From IMG/VR virus record IMGVR_UViG_3300031555_001437: a DNA stretch of 64,000 bases; one strand, 5' to 3'. This document shows, one piece after another, positions 36,980 through 47,600 of the stretch. How positions within the stretch are numbered: position 1 is the first letter of the stretch; each line of letters begins with the position of its first letter. The position numbers and the translations under genes are program-made. Origin of the DNA: a virus. Lineage: Duplodnaviria > Caudoviricetes. The notes beneath the pieces are model-generated. The model searched no databases. It saw only the letters and a list, made by a program, of their open reading frames with translations, and was not told where the DNA came from.

Positions 36980-39376
36980 ATGGCACAGAATGTTTTTTTT
37001 AAAAAGGGCTTACTGGCTAATCTACCTAAGACTTACACTGCAGGTACTTTCTATGTAACTACCGATGAAAGAGCTATGTATCTTGACATTGACGATTCTA
37101 CAAGAATTCGTCTTGGTGATTTCATTCAGGTAGACAATGTTGCTGCACTGCCCGCAGATGCACACGAGAATTGCCTGTACTACTGTGTTGCAGAGAATAT
37201 TCTCGCTAAGTGGAACGGCACAGAGTGGACTCAGATTAACAAGCAGCCTACTGCTGAGGAGATGAAGGCTCTGCTTGGTCTTGGCACTATGGCTTACAAG
37301 TCTGAGGTTGCAGAATCCGACCTGACTGCAGAGCTTGCCGAGAAGGTTAATGCTGCAGCAGAGGGCAATCACGCTCACGCTAATAAGGGTGTTCTGGACG
37401 GCATTACCGCTGAGAAGGTTGCAGCTTGGGACGCTTCTGAGCAGAACGCTAAGGACCATGCAGATGGCCTGAACACCGCTATGAATACTCGTGTTGAGGC
37501 TCTAGAGGCAATCGACCACGAGCACGCTAATAAGGCTCTGCTTGATACTTACACTCAGACCGAGGCTGACCTGGCTGACGCTGTCGCAAAGAAGCACGCT
37601 CACACTTTCGTTGAGTCTGAACTGAACAAGATCGTCGATGGCGACGTTGCTAAGTGGAACGCAGTTGTAGCAGACCACTTGACTGCTGACGATAAGACCA
37701 CTCTTGAGAACGCTATCAAGGAGGCTAAGAAGGCTGGCACTGATGCTAATACCAACATCGAGGCTTATAAGGTAACCAATGATGCTCGTGTTCTCGCAGT
37801 TGAGGAGGATATCGCCGAGATTACTGGCGATAACGGTATTCTTGCACAGGCAAAGTCCTACTCTGATGGCAAGCTTGCTACTGCAAGGACTGAGATCACC
37901 GCAGAGATTGACGCAGACGTAAAGGTTGTTGCTGATGATCTAGCTGGCTATAAGACTACCAATGATGCTGCTCTTGCTGGTGTAAAGGCAACCGCTGAGG
38001 CCGCTGCTACCAAGGCATATACCGATGAAGAGCTGGCTAAGAAGGTTGACAAGGTTGATGGCAAGTCTCTAATTGCAGATACTGAGATTACTAGACTTGC
38101 TGGTATGTCTGATGGTGCAAACAAGGTCGAGGCTTCCGAGACTAACGGCAACATCAAGATTGACGGCGTTGAGACTGTTGTTTATACTCACCCTGACAAG
38201 CACGCTATTGCAGACGTAGATGGCCTGCAGGATGCTATCGATGCTGTTGACGCTAAGTTCGCAGATTATAACACCACTGCTGCTCAGAAGGTACTTGACG
38301 ATGCACAGGATGCTAGAATTAAGGCAATCGAGGATGATTACCTGGTAGAGGCTGATATCGCTAATTTCGAGACTAAGGACAACGTTAAGAAGGTAGCAGA
38401 CGACCTGGCTGCATACGTAGAGTCCAACGACGCTGCTCTGGCTGCTGAGACTAAGGCTCGCACCGATGCAGACGCTGACTTCGAGACTAGAATCGCTGCT
38501 CTGGAGGGTAACTTCGGTGACGGCGAGGGTACTGTTGAGGCTCAGATTGAAGCTGCTGTTGCTGCAGAGACCGAAGCTCGTGAGGCTGCTGTTCAGGGCG
38601 TCCAGGACGATGTTGACGCGCTGGCTGGCAAGGTTGGCGAGGTTCCCGAGGATAAGACTGTTGTACAGATGATCGCAGACGCTCAGACTGCTGCTACCTA
38701 CGACGATACTCAGGTTAAGGCAGACATCAAGGCTAACGCAGATGCTATCGATGCTATCGAGGCTGATTATCTGAAGGCTGCTGATAAGACCGAGCTTCAG
38801 GAGCAGATTACTGCAAATGCAAACGCTATTACTCTGCTGACTGATGGCGCTGATCCCGACAAGGTTGACGGCGTAAAAGACCTGATTGACTATGTTGATA
38901 AGCATGGCCCCGAAGTCACTGGCATGAAGGCAGACATTGCCGCAAATGCTAAGGCTATCGAGGACCACGAGACTCTGGCCGCTGAGACCTATGAGACCAA
39001 GACCGATGCTACCGCTAAGTTGACTGAGGCTAAGGGCTATGCTGATGATAAGGCTGCCGAGGCTCAGGCTGCTGCTGAGGCAACTGCTGCTGGTGCTCTG
39101 GCTGGTGCTAAGACCGAGCTCGAGGGCAAGATTACCGACGGCGACGCTGCTACCCTAGCTTCTGCTAAGGAGTATGCTGACGGTAAGGTTAATGAGCTTG
39201 CTGGCGGCCAGGTTAAGGCCAACGCCGAGGCTATTGTTGCTAATGCAAAAGCTATCACTGATGGCGACGCTGCTGTTGAGGCAAAGATCACTGCTCTAGC
39301 AGAGGGTGCTGTTGCTACTAATGCAGCAAACATTGCAGCTCTAACCAACCAGCTCACTTGGGGCGACTTCGTTTAA
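36980..39376 (+). CDS. Ala-rich coiled-coil fibre protein
   Basis: HxHxNKxxLD repeats, heptad-like Ala/Asp/Glu composition, capsid-like codon bias. Confidence 0.7.
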   Translation: MAQNVFFKKGLLANLPKTYTAGTFYVTTDERAMYLDIDDSTRIRLGDFIQVDNVAALPADAHENCLYYCVAENILAKWNGTEWTQINKQPTAEEMKALLGLGTMAYKSEVAESDLTAELAEKVNAAAEGNHAHANKGVLDGITAEKVAAWDASEQNAKDHADGLNTAMNTRVEALEAIDHEHANKALLDTYTQTEADLADAVAKKHAHTFVESELNKIVDGDVAKWNAVVADHLTADDKTTLENAIKEAKKAGTDANTNIEAYKVTNDARVLAVEEDIAEITGDNGILAQAKSYSDGKLATARTEITAEIDADVKVVADDLAGYKTTNDAALAGVKATAEAAATKAYTDEELAKKVDKVDGKSLIADTEITRLAGMSDGANKVEASETNGNIKIDGVETVVYTHPDKHAIADVDGLQDAIDAVDAKFADYNTTAAQKVLDDAQDARIKAIEDDYLVEADIANFETKDNVKKVADDLAAYVESNDAALAAETKARTDADADFETRIAALEGNFGDGEGTVEAQIEAAVAAETEAREAAVQGVQDDVDALAGKVGEVPEDKTVVQMIADAQTAATYDDTQVKADIKANADAIDAIEADYLKAADKTELQEQITANANAITLLTDGADPDKVDGVKDLIDYVDKHGPEVTGMKADIAANAKAIEDHETLAAETYETKTDATAKLTEAKGYADDKAAEAQAAAEATAAGALAGAKTELEGKITDGDAATLASAKEYADGKVNELAGGQVKANAEAIVANAKAITDGDAAVEAKITALAEGAVATNAANIAALTNQLTWGDFV

Positions 39377-39392
39377 TTAACTAATCTACTCT

Positions 39393-39426
39393 CCCTGGCC
39401 TGGCGAAAGCTGGGTCAGGGTATTTT
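39393..39426 (+). terminator. Intrinsic terminator
   Basis: CCCTGGCCTGGC-GAAA-GCTGGGTCAGGG then TATTTT. Confidence 0.75.
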
Positions 39427-39449
39427 AAATAACTGTGGAGGATAAACGT

Positions 39450-41540
39450 ATGGCTTTATTTAAACTGCTTAGAGGTCTGGAAACCAACCTCTCTACCGCT
39501 GTTGTTGACGGTCAGGTATATTTCTGTAAAGATACACAGAATTTTTATATCGATTGTGGCGATACGCGTTATAAGATTGCTGCTAAGTATGCGGACAAGC
39601 TTCGCTATGTAGCAGATGGTAGTACTGTTGAGATTGACCCCAGTACTATTTTGACTGATTCTAATTATGCAACCAAGATTGGTGTTGCTTCTTCTTCTAA
39701 GGCTGGTCTAATGACCGCCGCAGACAAGGATAAGTTGGATGGTATTGCGACTGGTGCAAACAAGACAATCGTCGATGACGCGCTGAGCGCAACTAGCACC
39801 AACCCTGTACAAAATAAGGTTATTAAGGATGCTTTGGATAAGAAGGCTGGTTTGGATGTTGCTACTGCTGCTTCTGCTGGTCTTATGTCTGCAGAAGATA
39901 AGGCAACGCTGGATAATCTTGTTGCTGTTGGTGGTGAGGTTAACCAAAATGCATTTAGCAACGTTACTGTTGCTGGCACGAAGATTGCCGCTACCGCAAA
40001 GACAGATAATATTTCTGTTGTTGCTGGCGACAATATCACTCTAACACCCGATGCTGCGAACAAGCAGTACACTATTTCTGCAAAGGATACCACCTACAAC
40101 GCAGCATCTGCTGACGCTGATGGTCTGATGTCCAAAGCAGACAAAGCAAAGCTCGACGGTATTTCCGCCGAGGCTAACAAGTATGTACACGCTACGCATG
40201 ATTCTCATGCTGCTGGCATGTATAAGATTACCGTTGATTCTGAGGGTCACGTATCTAATGCAACGGCTATTTCTAAGGGCGATATCACCGCTCTTGGTAT
40301 TCCTGCTCAGGACACCACATATGACAACGCAACTACTGGTGAGGCTGGTTTGATGAGCGCTGCCGATAAGGCTAAGCTGGATAGCGTCGCTGAGGGTGCT
40401 ACTAATGTTGTTGTGGATTCTGCGCTGAATGATTCTTCTGCAAATGCAATCCAGAATAAGGTTGTTAAGGCAGCTCTGGATGGCAAGTCTGATGTGGACC
40501 ACACTCACGACTATATTCCTAATGCCGAGAAGGGCGCTGCAAACGGTGTCGCAACTCTGGGTGCAGATGGCAAGGTTCCCTCTACTCAGCTTCCTAGCTA
40601 TGTAGACGACGTTCTTGAGTTCGCTAACAAGGACGCATTCCCTGCAACGGGCGAGTCTGGTAAGATTTACGTTGCTCTTGACAAGAACCTTACCTACAGA
40701 TGGGGTGGCACTGCATACGTAGAGATTTCTCAGTCTCTGGCTATTGGCACGACCGCAAATACTGCAGCGGCTGGTAACCACATTCACGATGCTGCTACTC
40801 AGACTGCTAACGGCTTTATGTCTGCCGCAGATAAGGAGAAGCTGGATGGTATCTCTGCTGGTGCTAATAAGTACGTCCACGCTTCTCATACTGCTCACAA
40901 CTCTGGCCTGTACAAGGTAACTGTTGATGCAGAGGGTCACGTTTCCAATGCAGTTGCTGTTACCAAGGGCGATATCACTGGTCTTGGCATCCCTGCACAG
41001 GATACCACTTATGGCGACGCAACGACTGGCGCATCTGGCCTGATGAGCGCAGCAGACAAGAAGAAGCTAGACAGCGTTGCCGAGGGTGCAAATAAGATTA
41101 CCGTCGACTCTGCTTTGAGCGATTCTAGCACAAACCCTGTTCAGAACAAGATTGTCAAGGCTGCTATTGATGCTAAAGCTAACAAGACTCATGAGCATAC
41201 TGAGTACGAGAACCAGAACGCATTTAGTTCTATCAAGGTTGGCGCAACTACAATTGCTGCTGATAACGCGACCGACACTGTTGAGATTGCGGCTGGCGAT
41301 AATGTAACCATTACGCCTGATGCTGCTGCTGGCAAGATTGTCATTGCTGCAACCGATACAACTTATGATGCGGCAACGACTACTGCTGACGGCTTGATGT
41401 CTGCTAGCGATAAGGCTAAGCTGAACGGTATCGCCGAGGGCGCGACAAAGACTATTGTTGATGCGGCGCTGAGCAATACTAGCACAAATCCAGTTCAGAA
41501 CAAAGTCATTTATGACGCGATCAGCTGGATTGAATTTTGA
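39450..41540 (+). CDS. Repeat-rich fibre protein
   Basis: Repeated GLMSxxDKxKLDGIxxGA, VDxALSxxSTNPVQNK and YKxTVDxEGHV modules. Confidence 0.75.
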   Translation: MALFKLLRGLETNLSTAVVDGQVYFCKDTQNFYIDCGDTRYKIAAKYADKLRYVADGSTVEIDPSTILTDSNYATKIGVASSSKAGLMTAADKDKLDGIATGANKTIVDDALSATSTNPVQNKVIKDALDKKAGLDVATAASAGLMSAEDKATLDNLVAVGGEVNQNAFSNVTVAGTKIAATAKTDNISVVAGDNITLTPDAANKQYTISAKDTTYNAASADADGLMSKADKAKLDGISAEANKYVHATHDSHAAGMYKITVDSEGHVSNATAISKGDITALGIPAQDTTYDNATTGEAGLMSAADKAKLDSVAEGATNVVVDSALNDSSANAIQNKVVKAALDGKSDVDHTHDYIPNAEKGAANGVATLGADGKVPSTQLPSYVDDVLEFANKDAFPATGESGKIYVALDKNLTYRWGGTAYVEISQSLAIGTTANTAAAGNHIHDAATQTANGFMSAADKEKLDGISAGANKYVHASHTAHNSGLYKVTVDAEGHVSNAVAVTKGDITGLGIPAQDTTYGDATTGASGLMSAADKKKLDSVAEGANKITVDSALSDSSTNPVQNKIVKAAIDAKANKTHEHTEYENQNAFSSIKVGATTIAADNATDTVEIAAGDNVTITPDAAAGKIVIAATDTTYDAATTTADGLMSASDKAKLNGIAEGATKTIVDAALSNTSTNPVQNKVIYDAISWIEF

Positions 41541-41559
41541 TATATAGTAGTTTAATAAA

Positions 41560-41594
41560 GGGGAGTAGACTATTATAGCCTATTCCCTGATTTT
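41560..41594 (+). terminator. Putative intrinsic terminator
   Basis: GGGAGTAG...CTATTCCC stem followed by TGATTTTT. Confidence 0.5.
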
Positions 41595-41617
41595 TACACT
41601 TCAGAGAGGTGGAAACG

Positions 41618-42310
41618 ATGAGTCTTTTCAAGGTATGTAGAGGAGCAGAGGGCAATCTACCATCCACACTTACAGATGGATATGCGTATTTTTGTACTGA
41701 TACTGGCTCCTTTTATATTGACCATAAAAACACGAGCAACACGCTCGTCAGATCTAAAATTTCCGCTAGATATGCGGAGAAACTGCGCTATATAAAAAAT
41801 GGCCAAACAATTGAGATTGATGCTGCTGATATCTTGACCGCAAGCAACGCTGTAACTACTATCGGTACAGCTACTACAAGCAAGGCTGGCTTTATGTCTA
41901 CGGCGGACAAAACGAAGCTCGACGGTGTGGCCGCTGGCGCAGAAAAAAATATTGTTTATGTTGGTCCTACTGCACCAACAGACCCGAACATTAAAGTTTG
42001 GATCAATACGTCCGAAGAGGGCACTGGTGTTATTCCAGTATTGCCAAGAATTACTACAGTTACACTGACATCAAGCAAATGGACTGGTTCGGCTAGCCCA
42101 TATAGTCAGGTCGTGACTGTTAATAGTGTTACTGCAAACAGCAAGGTTGACCTGCAGCCTACAGCTGCGCAGATAGTCAGTCTACAGAACGCAGACATTG
42201 CGCTGATGGCAGAAAACAATGGTGGCACAGTTACTTTTTATGCTTTTGGCGGCAAGCCCAGTTCTAATATGTCTATGCAGGTACTCTTAACGGAGGTGGC
42301 ATACGTATGA
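41618..42310 (+). CDS. Short fibre protein; N-terminus paralogous to 39450
   Basis: LFK..RG.E.NL....DG..YFC.DT..FYID...KI.A.YA.KLRY shared with 39450. Confidence 0.7.
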   Translation: MSLFKVCRGAEGNLPSTLTDGYAYFCTDTGSFYIDHKNTSNTLVRSKISARYAEKLRYIKNGQTIEIDAADILTASNAVTTIGTATTSKAGFMSTADKTKLDGVAAGAEKNIVYVGPTAPTDPNIKVWINTSEEGTGVIPVLPRITTVTLTSSKWTGSASPYSQVVTVNSVTANSKVDLQPTAAQIVSLQNADIALMAENNGGTVTFYAFGGKPSSNMSMQVLLTEVAYV

Positions 42311-42810
42311 TTAGTGGAAATATGATTGGGTCATATAGCCAAATCGGCAAGACGTTTATAATTGTCGATGAAAACGGAAATGAGATTGCTGGAGTTGTTA
42401 CTGATACCCCAGTTATCTTTACTGCGACAGACAACGACGTCCGCGAAGGTTCTGTTTACGCAAGTGATGATGGTATATCTACTGGTTCTAAAGTCATACC
42501 GAGTTATCACACAAATCACGGAGCAAAATTGGTTCCAGCAGGTAGTAAATTTACTATAAGATTATCTAAACTAGATTGTTATGATTATACAAACTTACAC
42601 GCTATGATTTGTGCCTGGAACACAAATTTATCGGATAGCGTTGCCACAGACAGAATTGTCGTGTTAAACGCCGTATATCCAGTTCAATCTACCGAGGCCA
42701 TTTCAAGTGTAACAAAAGACGATAGTACGAAAAGCATAATCCTTGGAATTACAAACGATACGGATTCTCCGTTTGTTATAAGATATATGACTTATAAAGA
42801 AATTGAGTAA
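42307..42810 (+). CDS. Hypothetical structural protein
   Basis: ATGA overlap, GGAGG RBS. Confidence 0.6.
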   Translation: MISGNMIGSYSQIGKTFIIVDENGNEIAGVVTDTPVIFTATDNDVREGSVYASDDGISTGSKVIPSYHTNHGAKLVPAGSKFTIRLSKLDCYDYTNLHAMICAWNTNLSDSVATDRIVVLNAVYPVQSTEAISSVTKDDSTKSIILGITNDTDSPFVIRYMTYKEIE

Positions 42811-42832
42811 AATTTTTAGGAGGATAATTCCC

Positions 42833-43060
42833 ATGGCAGTTAATTATTATTACAATTACGCAATCGTTGACAGAGAGAGCATGATGTGTGTGGAGGTTCG
42901 TACCAGCACATTAGATCAGAGCGATGCATCTGACGAGTATGAAATTTATGTAACTATTCCAGAATATAACGAGGAATATATTTGCAAATTTTATAATGAG
43001 GCAGACGGTCAGTTTTATTATGATATAGAATACACTCAGATTTTTGATCCCAACGCCTAA
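42833..43060 (+). CDS. Small acidic protein, possible fibre chaperone
   Basis: AGGAGG RBS. Confidence 0.6.
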   Translation: MAVNYYYNYAIVDRESMMCVEVRTSTLDQSDASDEYEIYVTIPEYNEEYICKFYNEADGQFYYDIEYTQIFDPNA

Positions 43061-43113
43061 AAACAAAACACAATAAAATGATTAATTTTAACAAAAGATA
43101 AGGAGGTTACGCT

Positions 43114-44223
43114 ATGTCAGTAACCTATGTGAGAAATGCTAGTGGTCAATTTGAAATGGTTGGCCCAGGTGGAGCCACAACGGACACCACCTTAACTCAG
43201 GCTGGAAAGCCCGCAGATGCAGCAGCTGTTGGAAATGCACTATCTAATTACGCAACAACAGTTGCTTTAAATAGCCAGTTTAACTCGTGCAGAGAAGATT
43301 TGGACGAACTTATGTCTAAATCGCACAATATTTTTAGTAGCCTGACTGAAATTGGCATTACCACCTTCCCGACAACTATGAGTGCGGTCGCTTCTGCAAT
43401 GCCAGAGAATAGCATGATTGTTATTGATACTCGTAGAGTAAATGGTTCTGGAACTACTTATGGCACAGAGACTATTTCTGACTGGAACAGTGACACCAAT
43501 GGTATGGCTATCATTATGAAGGGCGCTACGACTGCTCGCGTTACAATGATGATTTTGTACGGGTCTAGCGAGTCAGATCATGGTGACTGGACTGTTGGTA
43601 ATTATGCCGTAACCAATAATACTGTTAGTTGGTCTACGTCCAAGAGTTTTCTTGACAAGAAGATTGATAAGATTACTAATAAATCAGCGGTTGACTTGAA
43701 TACTTTGACTGAACCTGGATTCTATTTTGTCTCCTCTGGAACGACAGCTTTAAATTTCCCTATTGGCGTAAATGGCCACGTGCTAGTTATGTCTGACGGA
43801 AATGGTAGAATTAGACAGTTGTTTATGAGACTTGGCACTGCAGATAGCAATAACTTCCAGTGGTATACAAGAACGTGCCATACTGATGCTTGGAGTAAAT
43901 GGTGGTTGGTGTGCGGTCAGGAAAAAGTCTGGAACGGAGGCACGGTGCTCAACTCTGAAATCAATATTGGTAGCCGTTATGGCTGTCAGTCCTGGGTTGT
44001 TGTGGCACGACTGCAAAACACTGGTGCTCTTGCGTCTGTAGTCATTCCACGTGCGTTTTTGACGGACGATCCTACCGAATATGGACGGTGGCAAATCGCT
44101 GACGAGGAATGTTATATTAGTTTTTATTTTTATTACAAAGCAGACAACAATGTTTATTTGAAGGTTATTGACCAGACAAACAGCGAATATACGACGTTGA
44201 AATACGTCTATAGAACTACATAA
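43114..44223 (+). CDS. Fibre/receptor-binding protein with knob-like domain
   Basis: DTTLTQAGKPADAAAVG collar; DLNTLTEPGFY...P...G...V...QLF...YTR...WSKW knob pattern. Confidence 0.65.
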   Translation: MSVTYVRNASGQFEMVGPGGATTDTTLTQAGKPADAAAVGNALSNYATTVALNSQFNSCREDLDELMSKSHNIFSSLTEIGITTFPTTMSAVASAMPENSMIVIDTRRVNGSGTTYGTETISDWNSDTNGMAIIMKGATTARVTMMILYGSSESDHGDWTVGNYAVTNNTVSWSTSKSFLDKKIDKITNKSAVDLNTLTEPGFYFVSSGTTALNFPIGVNGHVLVMSDGNGRIRQLFMRLGTADSNNFQWYTRTCHTDAWSKWWLVCGQEKVWNGGTVLNSEINIGSRYGCQSWVVVARLQNTGALASVVIPRAFLTDDPTEYGRWQIADEECYISFYFYYKADNNVYLKVIDQTNSEYTTLKYVYRTT

Positions 44224-44236
44224 GGAGGGATGATAT

Positions 44237-44608
44237 ATGCAGGTTATTTTAAATGAGCAAAGATATGTACAGGCATATGCATTAGTCGGCGAATTCGGCT
44301 CCGATGCTGTCGTTGTTAATGAGCCTGAAAACATTGATGATTTTGAGAACAACTATCGCAGTTATTATCTTTCTGAGGCGAATGTGCTGGTAAAAAGCCA
44401 GGATAAACAGAAGGAAATAGAAAATGAACGGGAGCTTATTGCTTTGCGCTCTAAGCGTGAAAAGATTTGTTTCCCATACGTGAATCGTGGTTATTTGTGG
44501 TATAGCAAGTTAACCGCAGAACAAAAGAATGAGTTGGATGTCTGGTATCAGGCTTGGCTTGACGTTACTGAGACGAAGACTATTCCAGATACACCAACTT
44601 GGCTATAA
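44237..44608 (+). CDS. Tail fibre assembly chaperone-like protein
   Basis: LR..RE...W...LT.EQ..EL..WYQAWLDVT...P.P.WL. Confidence 0.65.
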   Translation: MQVILNEQRYVQAYALVGEFGSDAVVVNEPENIDDFENNYRSYYLSEANVLVKSQDKQKEIENERELIALRSKREKICFPYVNRGYLWYSKLTAEQKNELDVWYQAWLDVTETKTIPDTPTWL

Positions 44609-44620
44609 ATATTAAACACG

Positions 44621-44653
44621 GGGCGTGAATGAAAGCATTTGCGCCCTTTATTT
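44621..44653 (+). terminator. Intrinsic terminator
   Basis: GGGCGTGAATG-AAAG-CATTTGCGCCC then TTTATTT. Confidence 0.65.
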
Positions 44654-44673
44654 CGAAAGGAGGCATTTGATAA

Positions 44674-47600
44674 ATGTCAACTAAGAAAATACAAATTGTC
44701 GGCAGTTTAGTTCCTGACGTTGCTACTAGTGGCCAAAACGGATTAATGTCCTCTGCCGATAAAGTTAAATTAGACAGTATTGCAACTGGAGCGACCAATA
44801 CTGTTGTTGATGATGCTCTAAATGATGCATCAACAAATCCTGTTCAAAATAAAGTTATTAGTTCTAAGTTTAATGAAGTCGACGCTAAATTTGCAGAAGC
44901 AAAAGTGTTTGTTGCTATTTATGGCGTAACGACTTATCAAGAGGTTATCAATGCTGTTAACGCAGGTCGTGTCGTACAAGCTAAAAACGAGGCTGGAATC
45001 ATTCACAATCTAGCCGTGGCGGCAGCAGGCGAAGGCTGTGTATTCACACAAACCGAAGGTATGGCGGTGTATGCCTTAATTTTAACTCTTGATGATCAAT
45101 GGGAAGAGGGTTATATTGAGTTACCAACTGCAGATGGGTATTATACTAAAGACGTTATCGACCAGCTTCTTGTAAACAAAGCTGACACTACTCTTGCCAC
45201 AACTACATCACAAGGTTTAATGTCCGCTGAAGACAAAAAGAAGTTGAATACTATTGCAGAAGGCGCTACAAAAGTTATTGTTGATAGTTATCTCAGCACT
45301 GGTTCTAACAACGCTATAAGTAATGCCGCTGTTACTGAACGTTTTATGTCTCTAACACCTGTAATGGGTTATACTGATCCAAGTCAATCTGACTATATGA
45401 GTCCTGCAGCCGTATTGAGTGCAGCGACTTCTGGCAAAACTGTTTACATGATTCATCAAGGGAACATAGATGGACTCGGGACTGTTATCATTACATTTAA
45501 TAATGCATCTTTGTTTTATTCATTAGACGGAGACGGCATGTACGTAGTTGCAAACCAGATTGTTCCTCAAGCAGATGGAAGCTATGTTAACGCGCAGTTA
45601 AAGGGCATATTGGATGAAACTAATAGTACATCACATTGGGAGTTATCTTCAGAGCCTATCGCTAAGCAAAGCGACGTAGAGCAAGCACTCAGTGATTATC
45701 CTCTAATTGGCAACACTACAGAGTTAACTCCTACTCAAGTGGCTGAGGCAATTAATGCAGGTAGACCTATTTGTATTAATCATAATGACGCAACATATGG
45801 ACTGCTCACGATTAATTATGCTGGCCTCGCAGTTGATCAGCAATGTGTCCTTGCTTCCACAATAGTATACTATGCAGGAAACTTTATGATTTGCGAGCTA
45901 CTTGGTTCTCTCGTCGATAATCAGTGGCAAGTAATGTCTACAGTTGTTGCAGAAAAAACTACAGCAACATCCTCGCAAGATGGCTTAATGTCTGCAGCTG
46001 ATAAGTCTAAGCTTGACGGAATCGCAACTAACGCTAACAACTACACTTTACCATCAGCTGGCTCTTCTCTTGGTGGCGTTAAGTCAGGTGGCGATGTTAC
46101 AATTAGTGATGGTGTTATTACAGTTAAAGATGATAGCCACAATCATGTTATCTCTAATATTGATGGTTTACAAGACGCACTGAACGCAAAGGCTACGAAA
46201 GATGCTGCAAGTCAGTCTGCCGCAGGACTTATGTCTGCAGATGACAAGAAAAAACTCGATGGCATCGCTACTGGTGCAACGAAGATCACTGTAGACTCTG
46301 CATTGAGTTCCTCTTCTGCGAATCCTGTTCAAAACAAAGCGGTTCACGCTGCTTTAGCAGATAAGGCTGATAAAAACCACCCTCACGATTACATCCCAAC
46401 TTCTCAAAAGGGAGCGGCTAGTGGTGTTGCAAGTCTTGACAGTAATGGCAAGGTTCCTACTTCCCAACTTCCTTCTTACGTAGATGATGTTATTGAGGCA
46501 ACTAGCAAATCTTCCTTCCCTGCAACAGGCGAAACTGGCAAGATTTATGTTGACACTTCTACTAATAAGACATATAGATGGGGTGGTTCAGCATATGTTG
46601 AGATTTCCGCTTCTCTTGCAATAGGTACGACTAGTTCTACTGCTGCTGCTGGTAATCATATTCACAGCGCTGCGACTACTTCTGTTGCAGGTTTGATGAG
46701 TGCTGCTGATAAGTCTAAATTAGACGGTATCGCAAGTGGAGCGAATAAATATACACACCCGACATATACATCTAAGACCTCTGGCTTATATAAGATTACT
46801 GTTGACGGTGAAGGTCATGTCTCTGGAGCAACTGCGGTAGCTAAGTCTGATATTACCGCACTAGGCATCCCGTCTTCCGATACGACATATAGTGCTGCGA
46901 CTACGAGTGCGGCAGGTTTGATGTCTGCATCAGATAAGTCCAAACTGGATGGTATTGCAAGCGGAGCTAATGCATATACGCACCCTACATACACTGCAAA
47001 GGGTTCTGGCCTGTATAAAGTTACTATCGACGCAAGCGGACACGTATCCGCTGCAACTTCGGTAACTAAGACAGATATCACTGCTCTTGGTATTCCTAGT
47101 AGCGACACGACTTATTCTGCAGCAACAACCAGTACAGCGGGTCTAATGAGTGCTTCCGATAAATCTAAACTCGATGGTATTGCGTCTGGAGCAACCAAAT
47201 ATAGTCACCCAACTTATACATCAAAGACGAGTGGATTGTATAAGATCACAGTTGATGGAACTGGTCACGTTTCTTCAGCGACCGCTGTTGCAAAATCCGA
47301 TATCACTGCTCTCGGTATTCCGTCCTCTGATACAACATACTCAGCAGCGACAACATCCTCTGCTGGATTAATGTCTGCAGCGGACAAAACAAAACTAGAC
47401 GGTGTTGCTACGGGAGCTAATAACTATACGCTTCCTGCAGCAGGTTCTTCTCTTGGCGGTGTTAAAACTGGTGGAGACGTTACTATTAGTGACGGAGTTA
47501 TTACAGTTAAGGACGACAGCCACAATCACGTTATTGCTAATGTAGATGGTTTGCAAGATGCACTTAATGCAAAGGCTACAAAAGATGTTGCAAGTCAGTC

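Noticed and set aside
37022-40940. Long antisense ORFs (for example 38069-38968 and 40041-40940)
   Set aside because: Shadows of strongly biased codon usage on the coding strand; the same applies to minus-strand ORFs at 13940-14731 and within 59324-64000.
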